61,770 nt of DNA from a virus (taxonomy: Duplodnaviria; Caudoviricetes). The position numbers and the translations under genes are program-made. Location of the stretch: positions 1-61,770 of the IMG/VR virus record IMGVR_UViG_3300023301_000009. One strand, 5' to 3'. The notes beneath the pieces were generated by a model. The model made no database searches. It saw only the letters and a list, made by a program, of their open reading frames with translations, and was not told where the DNA came from. This document shows, in pieces, positions 19,970 through 31,000 of this stretch (positions within the stretch are counted from its first letter, which is position 1; every line of letters begins with the position of its first letter).

Positions 19970-22501
19970 TTATAGTTCGGTGATTGTAGACTGGCCGGAT
20001 TCGAGCAAACCGAATCGGAACCGGATAAACTCAGCAGGCTTTTTAGGCGCAATTCCAATTTCGCCTAAAAGAACACCACTGTCGATCTCATCGCTTGTGG
20101 TCGTCGACTCGTCGATGCGCACGTAGAACGCTTCCTCGGAAGTACGTCCCGCCAGCATCTTGGATGAATGCGTGCGACGCAGAAATGTAGTAACGCGGTC
20201 GCTCAACTCTCCCCAAAGTAGGAAATCATTGTCACGAAACACAGCATAACGTGAACCCTCGATGATGGACTGCTCCACGTAGGTCAACAAACGGCGTACC
20301 TGAATGTAGCGCCATGTCTGTGAGCTGCTCAAAGTACGTGCGCCATAGACGGTCACACCCGGATTCGCGCTGCGCACGAAATTGCGGATCGCGTTAATGC
20401 CCTCGGGATTGAGTGTGCCTTGCACCTTGTCATCCACCTGAAATGCCAGACCAAGGACACCATGTATTTTACCGAATGCGCCTTCGCCAGCCGGAGCAGT
20501 AGACACGCCGCCGTTGGGTGGAGCCATTGCATCGACACGGGCGTACAACCCAAGAATGTGTCCTGAGTTCGGAACATCAACCACGCCGTTCTTCGCAGAC
20601 GACAGCGGGTCGGCTACGCGTAGCGCTGGGTAGTAGATCGCACCCCAAGCTGTGTCGAGGCCAAGCACGTTGGACCGGTAGTTAAGCGCAGCCTCCGGCG
20701 TCATTCCCACCTCAAAATCGAGAACGGGGTAACAGTCGTGACGGTCTTCCGAGTACGTCGAAAGGGCCGTGTGCACGATTGGGTTTGCCCCAATCGTTAC
20801 CGTACCCCCAAAGCTGGGAGGACAAGCCAAGGAGTTAATCGGTTGGCCGTCAAACACATACAGCCCAGTACGCGCTGTGGCGACACCCACCACGTCCGCG
20901 TCAGCAAAGCCTACAGTCTCCGACGTACCTCCCGTAAGGGGCGTCTTGCTCAAACCAACCGCGACGCTTTCAGGGAACAGGAGTTCATGGTCCTCCACCG
21001 TGATTGTGACCGAACCCAGTACGGTATCGTTAATCCGGGAAACAATAAAATCTTCCCTTGCAGGGTCAAACGATACACCTTCGATGGTCTCAAGAACGCG
21101 ACGCCCGTCGTAGACAATCAGGGTTACTTCTGTTGAGGCTAATGCCGTGGATGCTGAGGTAAATGAATTCACCAGCGCAGCATCAAGGAGTGCAGTGCGT
21201 GTTACTCCAGAACCGCTCACTTGGGTCGTGACGCCGAGCACCCGCACGAGTTCCATACTCATGCCGTCCACTAGCATTAGAATTGACCCTTCGGTGATTC
21301 CCTTTGCAGACACGAGCTGCAACTCATTTGAGCCAGCATTCGCGTCTACTGTTAGGGCAACCCCCGGTTCAGATTCTGCCTTTGGTGTGGCAGAGGCAAC
21401 AATGGCGAGGCGGTTTCCGTATTGGCCGGGGGACACGATCCCTTTATAACCAGCCCGGATGGTATATGGCAGTGACATCGACCCCGGCTGTCCACCAACC
21501 TGCTGCCCGTTTGCTAAGCCTAATGCAATGTCCAACCCTGTAGAGAAGTTACTGGACAGTAGGTCCGACGTTACGGCGCTAACAGACTCGTCCACAACGA
21601 CGAGCACCAGAAAACCAGCACGGCTGCCCACGTCAACTTGGGGATCGCTGTTACCATCTTGGACGTCACGGTCGAGCACGGTCTGTAGCTCAGCAAGGGA
21701 AACACTATCTGCATCCGCAACGTCGTTGCCCGTTGAAATAGCAGACCCAACACTGAATCCGGTTTCGGCGGCGAAGTCTGCGCCCACACTCACAATTTCG
21801 ATAGATGCGCTCGAACCCCTGCGGTCGGTACTGATTATAACGTCACCCGTTACAGTGCTTGCCTTAACGCCATCCATTAACTGCCCAAGCAAAGAAGCAT
21901 ACCCTGCTGCGTCAGCGGTAGGCGGCGTGTTGGTAGAAAGGTCAACCCTCTTGGTCGGACCCCCATTCACGCTGTAGTCCGCGAAGCACGAAGCGCCCGC
22001 AGTGGCGGGGAAGCTCGCGCTTGCTCCGGTCATCTCAGCAGGCTTGGTCGTGATGGTCGCAGTCTGGGGAGACCCTAAGTTCACAGCTAGGTCAAAGGTA
22101 TGTACCTCGCCAGTTGGTAAGACAACACCTTCGCTCATCGGACCACCTGTGAGCGTTGCATAAGCAGGACCACCAAACCCAGCAAGGTCTACTCCCGCCG
22201 CGCTGCCCACCAGCGTGTTCTTATCCGCAGGATCGCTGAGATGGCCAAGCCTGTTCACGTACACTTCCGTGCCGCCATTGTTAAAAAAGCCTCGTACGGC
22301 GTAGTGCAACGATTCACCGGCCATTGCCCCACCGTAGATTCGCTCAAAAGCAGCAAAGCTCTTCACGCTCACGGACTCACCAATGGGTCCACGCTGGGCA
22401 ATCCCTGCGATTCCGGCAACGGCTGTGCTCACCCCAGAAATGGGCTGTCGGCGAGTAGCCTCTTCGGTGATGCTTACGCCCGGTACTTGCGGTTGTGCCA
22501 T
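19970..22501 (-). CDS. tail sheath protein (extended)
   Basis: PGVSITE..ISGVSTAVAG..GP..SFAAFERIYG..FFNNGG; C-terminal LNPEGINAIR..GARTLS..WRYIQVRR..P.KPAEFI. Confidence 0.95.
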   Translation of the reverse strand: MAQPQVPGVSITEEATRRQPISGVSTAVAGIAGIAQRGPIGESVSVKSFAAFERIYGGAMAGESLHYAVRGFFNNGGTEVYVNRLGHLSDPADKNTLVGSAAGVDLAGFGGPAYATLTGGPMSEGVVLPTGEVHTFDLAVNLGSPQTATITTKPAEMTGASASFPATAGASCFADYSVNGGPTKRVDLSTNTPPTADAAGYASLLGQLMDGVKASTVTGDVIISTDRRGSSASIEIVSVGADFAAETGFSVGSAISTGNDVADADSVSLAELQTVLDRDVQDGNSDPQVDVGSRAGFLVLVVVDESVSAVTSDLLSSNFSTGLDIALGLANGQQVGGQPGSMSLPYTIRAGYKGIVSPGQYGNRLAIVASATPKAESEPGVALTVDANAGSNELQLVSAKGITEGSILMLVDGMSMELVRVLGVTTQVSGSGVTRTALLDAALVNSFTSASTALASTEVTLIVYDGRRVLETIEGVSFDPAREDFIVSRINDTVLGSVTITVEDHELLFPESVAVGLSKTPLTGGTSETVGFADADVVGVATARTGLYVFDGQPINSLACPPSFGGTVTIGANPIVHTALSTYSEDRHDCYPVLDFEVGMTPEAALNYRSNVLGLDTAWGAIYYPALRVADPLSSAKNGVVDVPNSGHILGLYARVDAMAPPNGGVSTAPAGEGAFGKIHGVLGLAFQVDDKVQGTLNPEGINAIRNFVRSANPGVTVYGARTLSSSQTWRYIQVRRLLTYVEQSIIEGSRYAVFRDNDFLLWGELSDRVTTFLRRTHSSKMLAGRTSEEAFYVRIDESTTTSDEIDSGVLLGEIGIAPKKPAEFIRFRFGLLESGQSTITEL

Positions 22502-22513
22502 GCTATGCTCCTA

Positions 22514-23263
22514 TTACGGTATCCAGAAGTTTGATTCGTTAAACCCGACAACGCCTGCTGAAGTAACTGTGGCCTTGGCCGCTGTAACTACTTCGTTTTG
22601 TGTATTAACCGGAACGAGCCGACCCTTATAAAGAGATCGCCCACCTTGTTGATCCGTAAGCACCTGAGCTTTAGCTTTGTCTTGGTCTATTGCTTTCAGT
22701 TGAACGATTCCGGTTCTGAACTGTACCTCGTGAACCTGCTTGCCTACGAAGTCTCTTTGATATGGTACAAAGTCGACTATCACCTCAATGGACCACACCC
22801 GGTGATAAATCATCTGGTCCCCGTCCTTACCGTTGGCACTGTCCGCCCCCGATCGGAACAGGTGGTAGTTCTCTTGGTCGACAGTTATCATATCACGGAC
22901 GAGCTTTCGAGTGTCCACTAACTCGACAAGCTGCCTGTCGGCCATAGCATCATCTGCTACCCACGAGTGTAGCTGAAATTCTAAAACGTACCAAGGTGGC
23001 GCTTCGCGGGTCTTTGTCGTGTGTGGAATTACGGTCGTGTCCTCTTCTACCCGGATGTACGTGGTCGACTCTTGCATCCCCGACGCTTCGTGGTATCCGA
23101 GAAGTTCTAATGTAAGCGCGGGAAACGTCTGCACCTTGTTACTTTGATACCACGGCGTGTCCTGAATAAACGGGACTGTCACAACGCTTCCATCAATTAG
23201 CTCGATAGCCCCGCTGCTGTACACGTCGTCTATCGCCTGCTCAACTTTTGCTATAGTGGTCAT
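22514..23263 (-). CDS. tail terminator/completion protein
   Basis: FPALTLE motif; position upstream of the sheath gene. Confidence 0.6.
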   Translation of the reverse strand: MTTIAKVEQAIDDVYSSGAIELIDGSVVTVPFIQDTPWYQSNKVQTFPALTLELLGYHEASGMQESTTYIRVEEDTTVIPHTTKTREAPPWYVLEFQLHSWVADDAMADRQLVELVDTRKLVRDMITVDQENYHLFRSGADSANGKDGDQMIYHRVWSIEVIVDFVPYQRDFVGKQVHEVQFRTGIVQLKAIDQDKAKAQVLTDQQGGRSLYKGRLVPVNTQNEVVTAAKATVTSAGVVGFNESNFWIP

Positions 23264-23281
23264 ATAGTATCAAGGTGTTTG

Positions 23282-23788
23282 TCAAAAAGGTGAGCTAATT
23301 TCCACACGTATTCTATCTTGAATGGACTTAGTGAATTTGTCCATTGGCTTGTACTTGCCTCTTTTGATTGCTCGGTACACGGGTGTAAGCACAGGGCGGC
23401 CCGGCATCTTGGTCGTTCCATATTCTAGCCACTTAAACAAAGTAGACGTGCGCATGTTAGCCTCGGGGTGCACTTTGTCTGTGACGGTCGTAATCAAGGA
23501 CGTGCGACCCAACCGACCCACTTTTACCGAAACCTCCATCGCGTTGTCTATCATCCAGCCGGACTGGTACCATCGCAGGTTGGGAAATGGATATCCCTGC
23601 TGCGCCTTTCGTTCTATCGTCATCGCCGCTAGTACAGGAGGCGGGTTACTTTTCATGTTCGCTATAACATCCGCTGCAATATTGTCACCAAGTATTTGCA
23701 GCTCTTCCTTGGCTGGCCCAGCTATTGTGTCCTTCATATCTTTGAGCTTGCTGGTAACTCGCCTCCACGGCCCTTTGAATATGGACAT
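23282..23788 (-). CDS. neck/tail completion protein (HK97 gp10-like)
   Basis: LAAMTIERK..WLEYGTTKMPGRPVL. Confidence 0.75.
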   Translation of the reverse strand: MSIFKGPWRRVTSKLKDMKDTIAGPAKEELQILGDNIAADVIANMKSNPPPVLAAMTIERKAQQGYPFPNLRWYQSGWMIDNAMEVSVKVGRLGRTSLITTVTDKVHPEANMRTSTLFKWLEYGTTKMPGRPVLTPVYRAIKRGKYKPMDKFTKSIQDRIRVEISSPF

Positions 23789-23789
23789 G

Positions 23790-24200
23790 CTACACCTTTG
23801 GGTTGAATGCTACTACCAGCACTTCCGGCTCCTGCGATATCCTAGCCGTCGGATGGACGCTGGTCACGGCGTACCTCTTGCCTTCCAACACAAGCTCATC
23901 GTCGCCCGTTATGGTGTCGACGATCTCTTCACTGGGAAATGCTTTCTCAAGGTCTGTCCTAATGAACGAGATAACCCCCGCGACAGGTTCCAGTATCCCA
24001 AGCTGCGTTCGCTCTTCAGGGTTCGGGTCGTACACAAGAATGCCACGAACCATGACCGCGTTGGCGTAGGTTCGCTCCGCTTGGCCGTACTGGTTACTCG
24101 TGCCCTGCCCGGTGAACCGGTGCACTGCGATCTGATCGCCAACGCCTGCGGTGTTCATCGCCCACGCAAGATATTTCCCGACGTTGGAGCGTAAGGTCAT
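23790..24200 (-). CDS. head closure protein
   Basis: Size and position; GKRYAVTSV C-terminal motif. Confidence 0.6.
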   Translation of the reverse strand: MTLRSNVGKYLAWAMNTAGVGDQIAVHRFTGQGTSNQYGQAERTYANAVMVRGILVYDPNPEERTQLGILEPVAGVISFIRTDLEKAFPSEEIVDTITGDDELVLEGKRYAVTSVHPTARISQEPEVLVVAFNPKV

Positions 24201-25156
24201 ATTGTCACCTCAACAATGGGCGTCACGCTCTTGAGCTGATTCATGTTCACCAAGGTGAGCTGGTAGAACCATGTGCCGCTGCCCGGCTCGTCCACGAACT
24301 TCGTAATATGATTGTCAGGCTGTACATATATCACTTTTGCGTCTCCCATCTGCGCATCCGCTGACGCACGGACTTGGTAAACTCGAAACTGCATATCGCG
24401 AACCACGTCCCATGAGAGCAAAACCATTCCTCCTTCAACGCCGACGGCAAATGCTGGGGCAGGTATGGGTGAATCCATCACTCTCGGCGTTCGGCGGCCT
24501 GTGGCTCGATTCGTTCTAAACACAACTTGGCTTTGTACGGTCGAAGCCGTGGTGCCATCGGCCATATCAAACTTTGCCAGCAGGTTCTCATACTCCGCTT
24601 CTAACGCGCGGGCGAGTTCAACCCAGAACTTAGGGCCACGCTTGGCGCTTACCGTAGACGACACAGACAGGTTAGGGACGCTAACAGACTGAACAGCCCC
24701 AGATGGGTTCTGATGTATATCGTCGGTAGCGTCTTCGGCTGCGCGTACCCAGCACATTTCAATAGTAGCCCTTATTTCGAGCAGGTAGGTATACTTTAAG
24801 GGTAGCTGCGCAAGACTGTAGTTTTGGTCGATATCCAGATTGACTCTACTCAGTCCCCGTTCCACTGCGTCTTTGTAAACATAATTCGGGTAGAACGGCT
24901 TGACGCTTAGCTCAACTGTAAAGTCTCCATCTGCCACAGCAATATACGCAAGCTCACCCAAGTAGACAATTCCGTACCAATCCACATCACGAGTCCATAC
25001 GTCAAAAGGCCCATCCGTTTCGGGGATGGACCCCACGGATGGACCAGCTTTGACCGCGTACACGTCCGCAGGGTCGGTGGTTAGTGCTACCTCGCCTATA
25101 TAGGTATCATGCACACGCCTTCGGACTTTAACAATCAGGTCTGATTCGACAGCCAC
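24197..25156 (-). CDS. head-tail adaptor with C-terminal fibronectin-III-like domain
   Basis: Position after capsid; LSWD..YQV..FVDEP.SGTWFYQL.LVN...KS FN3-like pattern. Confidence 0.55.
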   Translation of the reverse strand: MAVESDLIVKVRRRVHDTYIGEVALTTDPADVYAVKAGPSVGSIPETDGPFDVWTRDVDWYGIVYLGELAYIAVADGDFTVELSVKPFYPNYVYKDAVERGLSRVNLDIDQNYSLAQLPLKYTYLLEIRATIEMCWVRAAEDATDDIHQNPSGAVQSVSVPNLSVSSTVSAKRGPKFWVELARALEAEYENLLAKFDMADGTTASTVQSQVVFRTNRATGRRTPRVMDSPIPAPAFAVGVEGGMVLLSWDVVRDMQFRVYQVRASADAQMGDAKVIYVQPDNHITKFVDEPGSGTWFYQLTLVNMNQLKSVTPIVEVTI

Positions 25157-25164
25157 GGCTTACC

Positions 25165-25575
25165 TCATTGCTCTGCACGGTTCGTTTTTCGGAGCCATCC
25201 AGCTACTTCGGTGGGGACTGAGGACGACACGCCTTTTCGCAAGCGCATTTTGATGGTCCCGTATTGAACTGCTTGCGTCACCGTTGCTATAATCTCCTCA
25301 TGCTTCAACGCAGGCTTCGACGCAGGCTTCTTCTCTACGTGCTTTTCTTGCTGCACAGCTTCTTCGAGACTATCCATCTTCTCAACGTCGGGGTCATCAG
25401 CTTTGGTCTGTAGGGACGTTAGCTTAGTCTTGAGTGCCTTCGCAACTTCAGGCTTCGTGATGCTGCTTGACAGCGGCGCTTCGGAAAGATCCGATAGAAG
25501 CGAGCGCATGTGTCCGCCATGGTTCTCGTCAAGAGAGTCTTCAATCTCTTCAATCTGCTTTTCGTAATCGTCCAC
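25165..25575 (-). CDS. hypothetical head-region protein
   Basis: GTG start at 25575 after SD GGAGAG; the longer called ORF overlaps the capsid gene and the terminator. Confidence 0.6.
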   Translation of the reverse strand: MDDYEKQIEEIEDSLDENHGGHMRSLLSDLSEAPLSSSITKPEVAKALKTKLTSLQTKADDPDVEKMDSLEEAVQQEKHVEKKPASKPALKHEEIIATVTQAVQYGTIKMRLRKGVSSSVPTEVAGWLRKTNRAEQ

Positions 25576-25599
25576 TGCGTCTCTCCGCTGAGGTTGAAC

Positions 25600-25632
25600 A
25601 ACAAAGGCAGGCCACTGGTTTTGCCAATGGCC
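25600..25632 (-). terminator. hairpin terminator/attenuator after major capsid gene
   Basis: GGCCATTGG-CAAAA-CCAGTGGCC followed by TGCCTTTGTT. Confidence 0.55.
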
Positions 25633-25639
25633 CTTACCC

Positions 25640-26596
25640 TTATGCTGTGATGATGTGATGAACGTAATCATTTTCAAGCACTTTCGCACCCCAGATCCCA
25701 TACCACGCCAACCCATGCAAACGACCGAAGTCCTTTACACCATCGTCACGAAGCTCGACTGGTAATGCGTCAGCAAGGCCAATAGCTTGATCGGAAAACA
25801 GGGTTGCGCGGTATAGATCTGCGGCGGCAGCGCCCGTTCCAACAAGCGTCGCGTCGTACCCCGCGTCGGCACTTCCGGCAACGCCATTACCCTGATGCGT
25901 GGTTTGGATGAACACAACATCTTCCCAACGGCCAATTTCTCCGTTGAAGATTCGTCGTGAACCAGCATACCGCTGAGCGGAAATCCACTCAGGATCACGC
26001 TTGAGCGCAGCAGCCTGATGCGGATGCACAAAGCAGATGTAGAAATCGCCACGGAACTTTGGAGCGTTTGCCGTGCTTAGGTTCTCCACACCGAGGCGGA
26101 TCACTTCAACGTCCATAACGTCGTCATCGGTCACGCCAACCAACGCACTCGCACTCGGGTTGGCAAAAATCACATTGCCACCAGCCACCAGCGCATCGCG
26201 GAGCATGAGATCACGCACGGTAGCGTAGTCACGCCCCAAAAGGACTGAGCCTTCGGCCATCATGTCATCCCATGAAAGCTGCGCCAGCCGTTCGGTAAGC
26301 CCAATCGCGTTACCAAACTCCTTGACAAGAATCTTTGCCTCGGTGGCCGACATGCTCTTTGTCTCCAGTGAGATGCCCTCCGTCAGCTCTCCACCTCGTG
26401 CCAGATTGTTGTAGGTTGTGACCGTGATACTATCACCGGGCGCAGTTCCGAGTTCGGTCTTTTGGACCGCGAACTCCTCGTAGCGCATAACACCCATCGC
26501 CTCATGCTCAATATCGAGCGAGTAGATGGAGCGAAGCGCAGATGGATTTGCCACCACGTTTCCCGAAGTATCTGTACCTGTATACTGATTAGCCAT
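25640..26596 (-). CDS. major capsid protein (N4-gp56 family)
   Basis: GDSITV..LTEG..EFGNAI..YICFVHPHQ..L..DPEW..IFNGEIGRWEDVVF..DFGRLHGLAWYGIWG. Confidence 0.92.
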   Translation of the reverse strand: MANQYTGTDTSGNVVANPSALRSIYSLDIEHEAMGVMRYEEFAVQKTELGTAPGDSITVTTYNNLARGGELTEGISLETKSMSATEAKILVKEFGNAIGLTERLAQLSWDDMMAEGSVLLGRDYATVRDLMLRDALVAGGNVIFANPSASALVGVTDDDVMDVEVIRLGVENLSTANAPKFRGDFYICFVHPHQAAALKRDPEWISAQRYAGSRRIFNGEIGRWEDVVFIQTTHQGNGVAGSADAGYDATLVGTGAAAADLYRATLFSDQAIGLADALPVELRDDGVKDFGRLHGLAWYGIWGAKVLENDYVHHIITA

Positions 26597-26635
26597 TTTC
26601 TCTCCAAGATTCTTAGTTTGCCCTAGTTCCAGCCT

Positions 26636-27439
26636 TTACCCGCCTTGCGCGTCTTGGGCTGCCTGTCTCATTTGTGTGCGTACTTTATTAAACTCCTCGG
26701 GAGGTAGCTGCGCGATATCACGTCGGGACATGCCATTAAAAAATGCTTCTTTGTTGACAGGCTTTGACGCGTTCGGCTCCGGGGGGGCTTTCTCATCCCG
26801 AGGTCGGGGAACTTGTGTGCCGATCTCATCTTGAAGTTCACTCTCTACCTCTTGGCGTGCTGCTTCGCGCGCCTTGTCATAGATCACTTTCTCGCGCTCC
26901 ACTTGCTGGGTGATAGCCGCATCCACTTCTTCCTTCGTGGTGCCCTTCACAAGCTCGGGGAACTGGAGATCAGCAGATTGTAATTTCTGCTGCGTGTACT
27001 GTTCGAGGCGTAGCTCTTCGAGCCGCACCTCTTGTTGGACTTTGGTTTCGCTTAACTCTTCGCGTAGGGTCAGATTGTCCTGCTCCAGCGCTTCCAGCTT
27101 CGCGAGAATTTGTGCAGAGGTGTTTTGCTTCTCCTCGTCTTGCTTCTCTTCGTTTTGCTTGTCCAGATCGTTCATGAGTTTCTCACTCTTCTTTTCGAGG
27201 GTGGATACTTTCTCCTCCAACTCACTTCGATCCGTACGCAACTGCTTTATGGTTGGATACAGCTTGTTCTTCTCCTGCTTACGCGCAGCTTCGATGCGTT
27301 GCGTAATATTGCCTTCCGATTGTGCATCATTGACAGGAGCTTCGGGCTGTTGCGTATTTTCTTGAGTTGAGGACTTTTGCAGAGTCGGGTCTTCTTTCGA
27401 GGTCTCGTCCTCCGGCGTACTCTTAATCGTGTCTGGCAT
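26636..27439 (-). CDS. capsid scaffolding protein
   Basis: Acidic coiled coil immediately upstream of the capsid gene. Confidence 0.8.
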   Translation of the reverse strand: MPDTIKSTPEDETSKEDPTLQKSSTQENTQQPEAPVNDAQSEGNITQRIEAARKQEKNKLYPTIKQLRTDRSELEEKVSTLEKKSEKLMNDLDKQNEEKQDEEKQNTSAQILAKLEALEQDNLTLREELSETKVQQEVRLEELRLEQYTQQKLQSADLQFPELVKGTTKEEVDAAITQQVEREKVIYDKAREAARQEVESELQDEIGTQVPRPRDEKAPPEPNASKPVNKEAFFNGMSRRDIAQLPPEEFNKVRTQMRQAAQDAQGG

Positions 27440-27491
27440 CTAGGTCTCCTCGTGGAATGCCCCACCTACGCTACGCAGATGGGGCAGTTGA

Positions 27492-27695
27492 TCATACGGA
27501 CTGTGGACGCATCGGTGCTCGACGGTAATGCTTGCCGGGCAGGTTGCGTTTCTTCTGGAGTGTAGCAGAGGTAATTTGTGCACTCTTGCGACCACCCGGA
27601 ATGCTCGGCACGCCATTAAAGACCGTGACCGATGCGCGATTATCGTCAGTGGGTTCTGCGCCAGTGGCGATGTTCGGGTTTGCTGATGTAGCCAT
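27492..27695 (-). CDS. small protein with basic C-terminus
   Basis: 67 aa, SD GGAGAGAG. Confidence 0.55.
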   Translation of the reverse strand: MATSANPNIATGAEPTDDNRASVTVFNGVPSIPGGRKSAQITSATLQKKRNLPGKHYRRAPMRPQSV

Positions 27696-27704
27696 TTCTC
27701 TCTC

Positions 27705-28097
27705 CTAGTTTTGCTTACGACTGTCGAGTGTGACCACCATGTCACCGTTGTTATATTTCATATCAGGAATCATGGCGTTGTCAATCGAAACTGTCCCGAT
27801 GGCCTCGCGTGTGTCCTCTAAATCTAGCCCTACGCGATGCAAGTCGTGGGCGGTGGCGAGGTACAAAATCATCTCGTTTTCTGTAGCTAGCTCCTCACGC
27901 ACAAGCACCTCAAGGCGCTTTTTCGTTTCGGTTAGACTTTGCTCCCTGCGTTGCAACGCCTCAAACCGTTGGAGCAACTGCGCTTTTAATCGGTTTGTCA
28001 ATAAGTCGAGATCGTCAGCAAGGTTCTTCAACGCAGGTCCAACGCCCGCAATGTTATTCTCTGTTGGTTCCAAACTTATTCTCCCTAGATTCTTCAC
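27705..28097 (-). CDS. hypothetical coiled-coil protein
   Basis: 130 aa in the head operon. Confidence 0.6.
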   Translation of the reverse strand: MKNLGRISLEPTENNIAGVGPALKNLADDLDLLTNRLKAQLLQRFEALQRREQSLTETKKRLEVLVREELATENEMILYLATAHDLHRVGLDLEDTREAIGTVSIDNAMIPDMKYNNGDMVVTLDSRKQN

Positions 28098-31000
28098 TCA
28101 TCAACGCGACCGCTGGTGCATGTGTGTTGACAGTAGCTGTAATTATTTCTTCATTCAAGGCTAACTCTTTGGTGATGGCCTTGAGTAGCGACTCGGCCTC
28201 CACCTTAGATCTCTTCGCTTTTATCTCGCTGTACGTTGTGAACTCCTTTCGCTTCTGTGTATCAAGCAGCGTAAGCGGTGACATGCGGTCTTCAACTTTT
28301 ACTACCTCGTCGAGCGCAGACAGTATCATACCTTTTTGTTGCATCAGCTCCAGACGCCGCCGGTCTGTGTTCGAGTCTACATTCGTTAGGACATACGAGT
28401 CCACATCCTTCTTCTGCTTCGTTCGCCAGTTGCGTGCTTCCCGCTGCGCGAATTCCGCAAAGGTCCACGGCGTGTCGAAGTGAATCGTGCCAGTAGATTT
28501 CTTTTGAAGGTTCACGCCCGTCGAACCCGCGCGAGTCACAAGTAGCGTGTCGTACTCTCCTGAGTTAAACTTTTGTTTGGCGGTCGACTTCTCCGCGTCG
28601 CTCATGCCACCATGGTATTCGCCTACAACCAAGCCCTTAGATTCTAAAGCGGCCCTAAGCATGTTCTTTGACCCTATTCGCTCAAGATGAATAATCGGCT
28701 TCTTGTCTTTAAGCTCGTTGTCTAGCAGGCGGACGACCTCCTGTGCTTTGGCATTCGTCTTCCAATCGCCTCCGTGAATATTTTTATGGTGCTGGTTGTT
28801 TCTCCATGATTCAGGGTTGAACGTATTCTTAACTCCTTCAATCCTATCCCGATATTTAATCGCACGCTTCATCTTGCGGGACCGCATCCCTGTCGGCCTA
28901 AACTTGTTCGGGTCTATGTCCGTGTCGTACAACACCTTTTCGAGTTCTGGGAACTCTTGAAAATACGCACGTAGACTCGCTTCATCATCTGTCCTTTGGC
29001 TGCGCAATTTCACCTTCGCCTCCGCGTCCATTTTCAACTGGCGCATCTTGAAGCCGGTAAACTCTCCTTCAATCTGTGCAGCACGCTCCTTCTGCTTAGG
29101 CGTCATGGTTAACTCTCTAAGATACTTCGCTTTCTCTGCATCTGAACGCTTCGTCCCATCGGGGTGATAATCTCTAAATGGGTTATTAAGTCTCTTATCC
29201 AGCGGTGACGCTCGCGTAAACGTGTAGGTATCCATCTCCCGTCGGAGCTGCGCCACCATCGACTCGCCAAACACGTTCGAGTTGAGCGTGATATTATCGT
29301 ACTGCTTCGTGAATTCATCTTTGGGCGGAAACTGGCCGGGGTTCAACCAGTTCGATATATCCCAAAACTCACCCATGTTGTTCTTAGCTGCCGTGCCTGT
29401 AAGGCCGACGCGGTACTTCAACCTTCCACCAACCAGCTTTTGTAAACCCTCCGCTTTAGCAGACCCTCCCGTCGGACTCGCAGACGTCATCTGGTGAATC
29501 TCATCAATAGCCATAAAGTCAAACGTGTCCTTAGCCTGTGCAGCGGACGCCGCCAAATCATCATGTGAGATGATCGTGAACAGCGCACCATCTCTTCTGT
29601 CCTCTGCATAGTTGCGCTCCATTGCCACCACATCGTCTTGGAATCCCTTGACCGTGACTCTCGTTAGGCGTGTCGCAATCTCAGCTTCGATTGTGTCGGC
29701 GTACGCTTCTGGTAATCTACTACGGTCTGGTAGTTTCTCACCATCCTCGCCACGGACAAATGGCACGTTCTCCATAACTACATCTCGCACCTTCTCCCTG
29801 ATATCACGCTCAACATCAACCCTGCTGCTGGCAGACGTATAGAGAACGATCTTACCCTTCTCGTTGAACTGCATGATCTCTTGTACCATTTGGTTCCTAA
29901 GTGCCGCAGGCGTTGATATACACCCCGCGTCAATTTCACCCTTAGCATGCAGGTCGGAGACCGCCCCAATGATAGTTGGGGTCTTACCTAGCCCAGCCCC
30001 AAAGTGGAGGAGCGACTGCTTGGCCTCCTCAATGAATTTGATGCCCGACTGCTGCTCGACGTGCATGGCAATTTTGAACCCACCCGTGGGGTCATCGGTC
30101 TCCGGTTGCCACGCCTCGATATGATCTTGCATCCCCAGCGGTGAGATCGCTATTTCATCTGCCTTGATGCGGCGCAGCAAGTCATTTCTTTTCGCATGCT
30201 TCTTTAGCGGCCAAGTGCTTGTTGCCTGCGGGTCCATCTCGACTATGTACTTACCCTTGTCCTTGAGTATCTTGTATGCGCCAGACTCAGGTGGGAATCC
30301 GTTGGCAAGCATAAACTGCCCTAACTCCTCTTTCGTGGTTGCAGAGTTTGAGTGCATTGGCTTACGCTCTCCACCTATATGATTCTCAAGCGACTGGAGA
30401 AGTGCGGCATTTGTTCCAGCCTGTTGCAACTCCCTCGCATACTCCATGCGAATGTTCGCTACCTCCGTAGCCTTAGTGATTGAGCTGAGTGCAGATTCGC
30501 CTAGTACCGCTGCCTCCAACTTATCCCTATGCTCTCCTGCTTTGTTAACACCCTCCATAATCTGCGGTAGCATCCGCTCTTTAATCTCTTGGAGCGTTCC
30601 GCGCATTCGCACACGGTCGAAACCCTCAACCTGCGCCATAAGCAGATTCGCCGCCCCGTCAATTCCCAGCATCGACGCCGCGTGTCTGTCAAATTGCGCG
30701 TTGATTCCCATCTCGCCTGCAACAGCATTAAGCGACGCAGCTACGTTATCTGGAACTTGGCTGGATGACATCGTGTCTTTAGGAAATGGCCTATTCTCAA
30801 CCAGTTGGTCGAGAATAAGCATGCTCAGCTCCTTTGGTGGATGCCACGGCTCTTGGTAGCACATGCAATGCGGGTGGGGCAGACTCGGATATTCCACAAC
30901 TAGGTACATACCCGATATGTCCACATCGCTTAGGTCTACGTCGAACTCCGCGAGCTTTGCTATAACGCCAGCTCCTGTGCCTGATGCCAGTATCTCACAT

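Noticed and set aside
955-22501. Stand-alone eCIS/tailocin locus
   Set aside because: Contiguous with terminase, portal, scaffold and capsid genes, so it is a phage tail
23322-24194. 290-aa plus-strand ORF (and the 248-aa ORF at 44676-45422)
   Set aside because: Antisense to well-supported genes and without recognisable features
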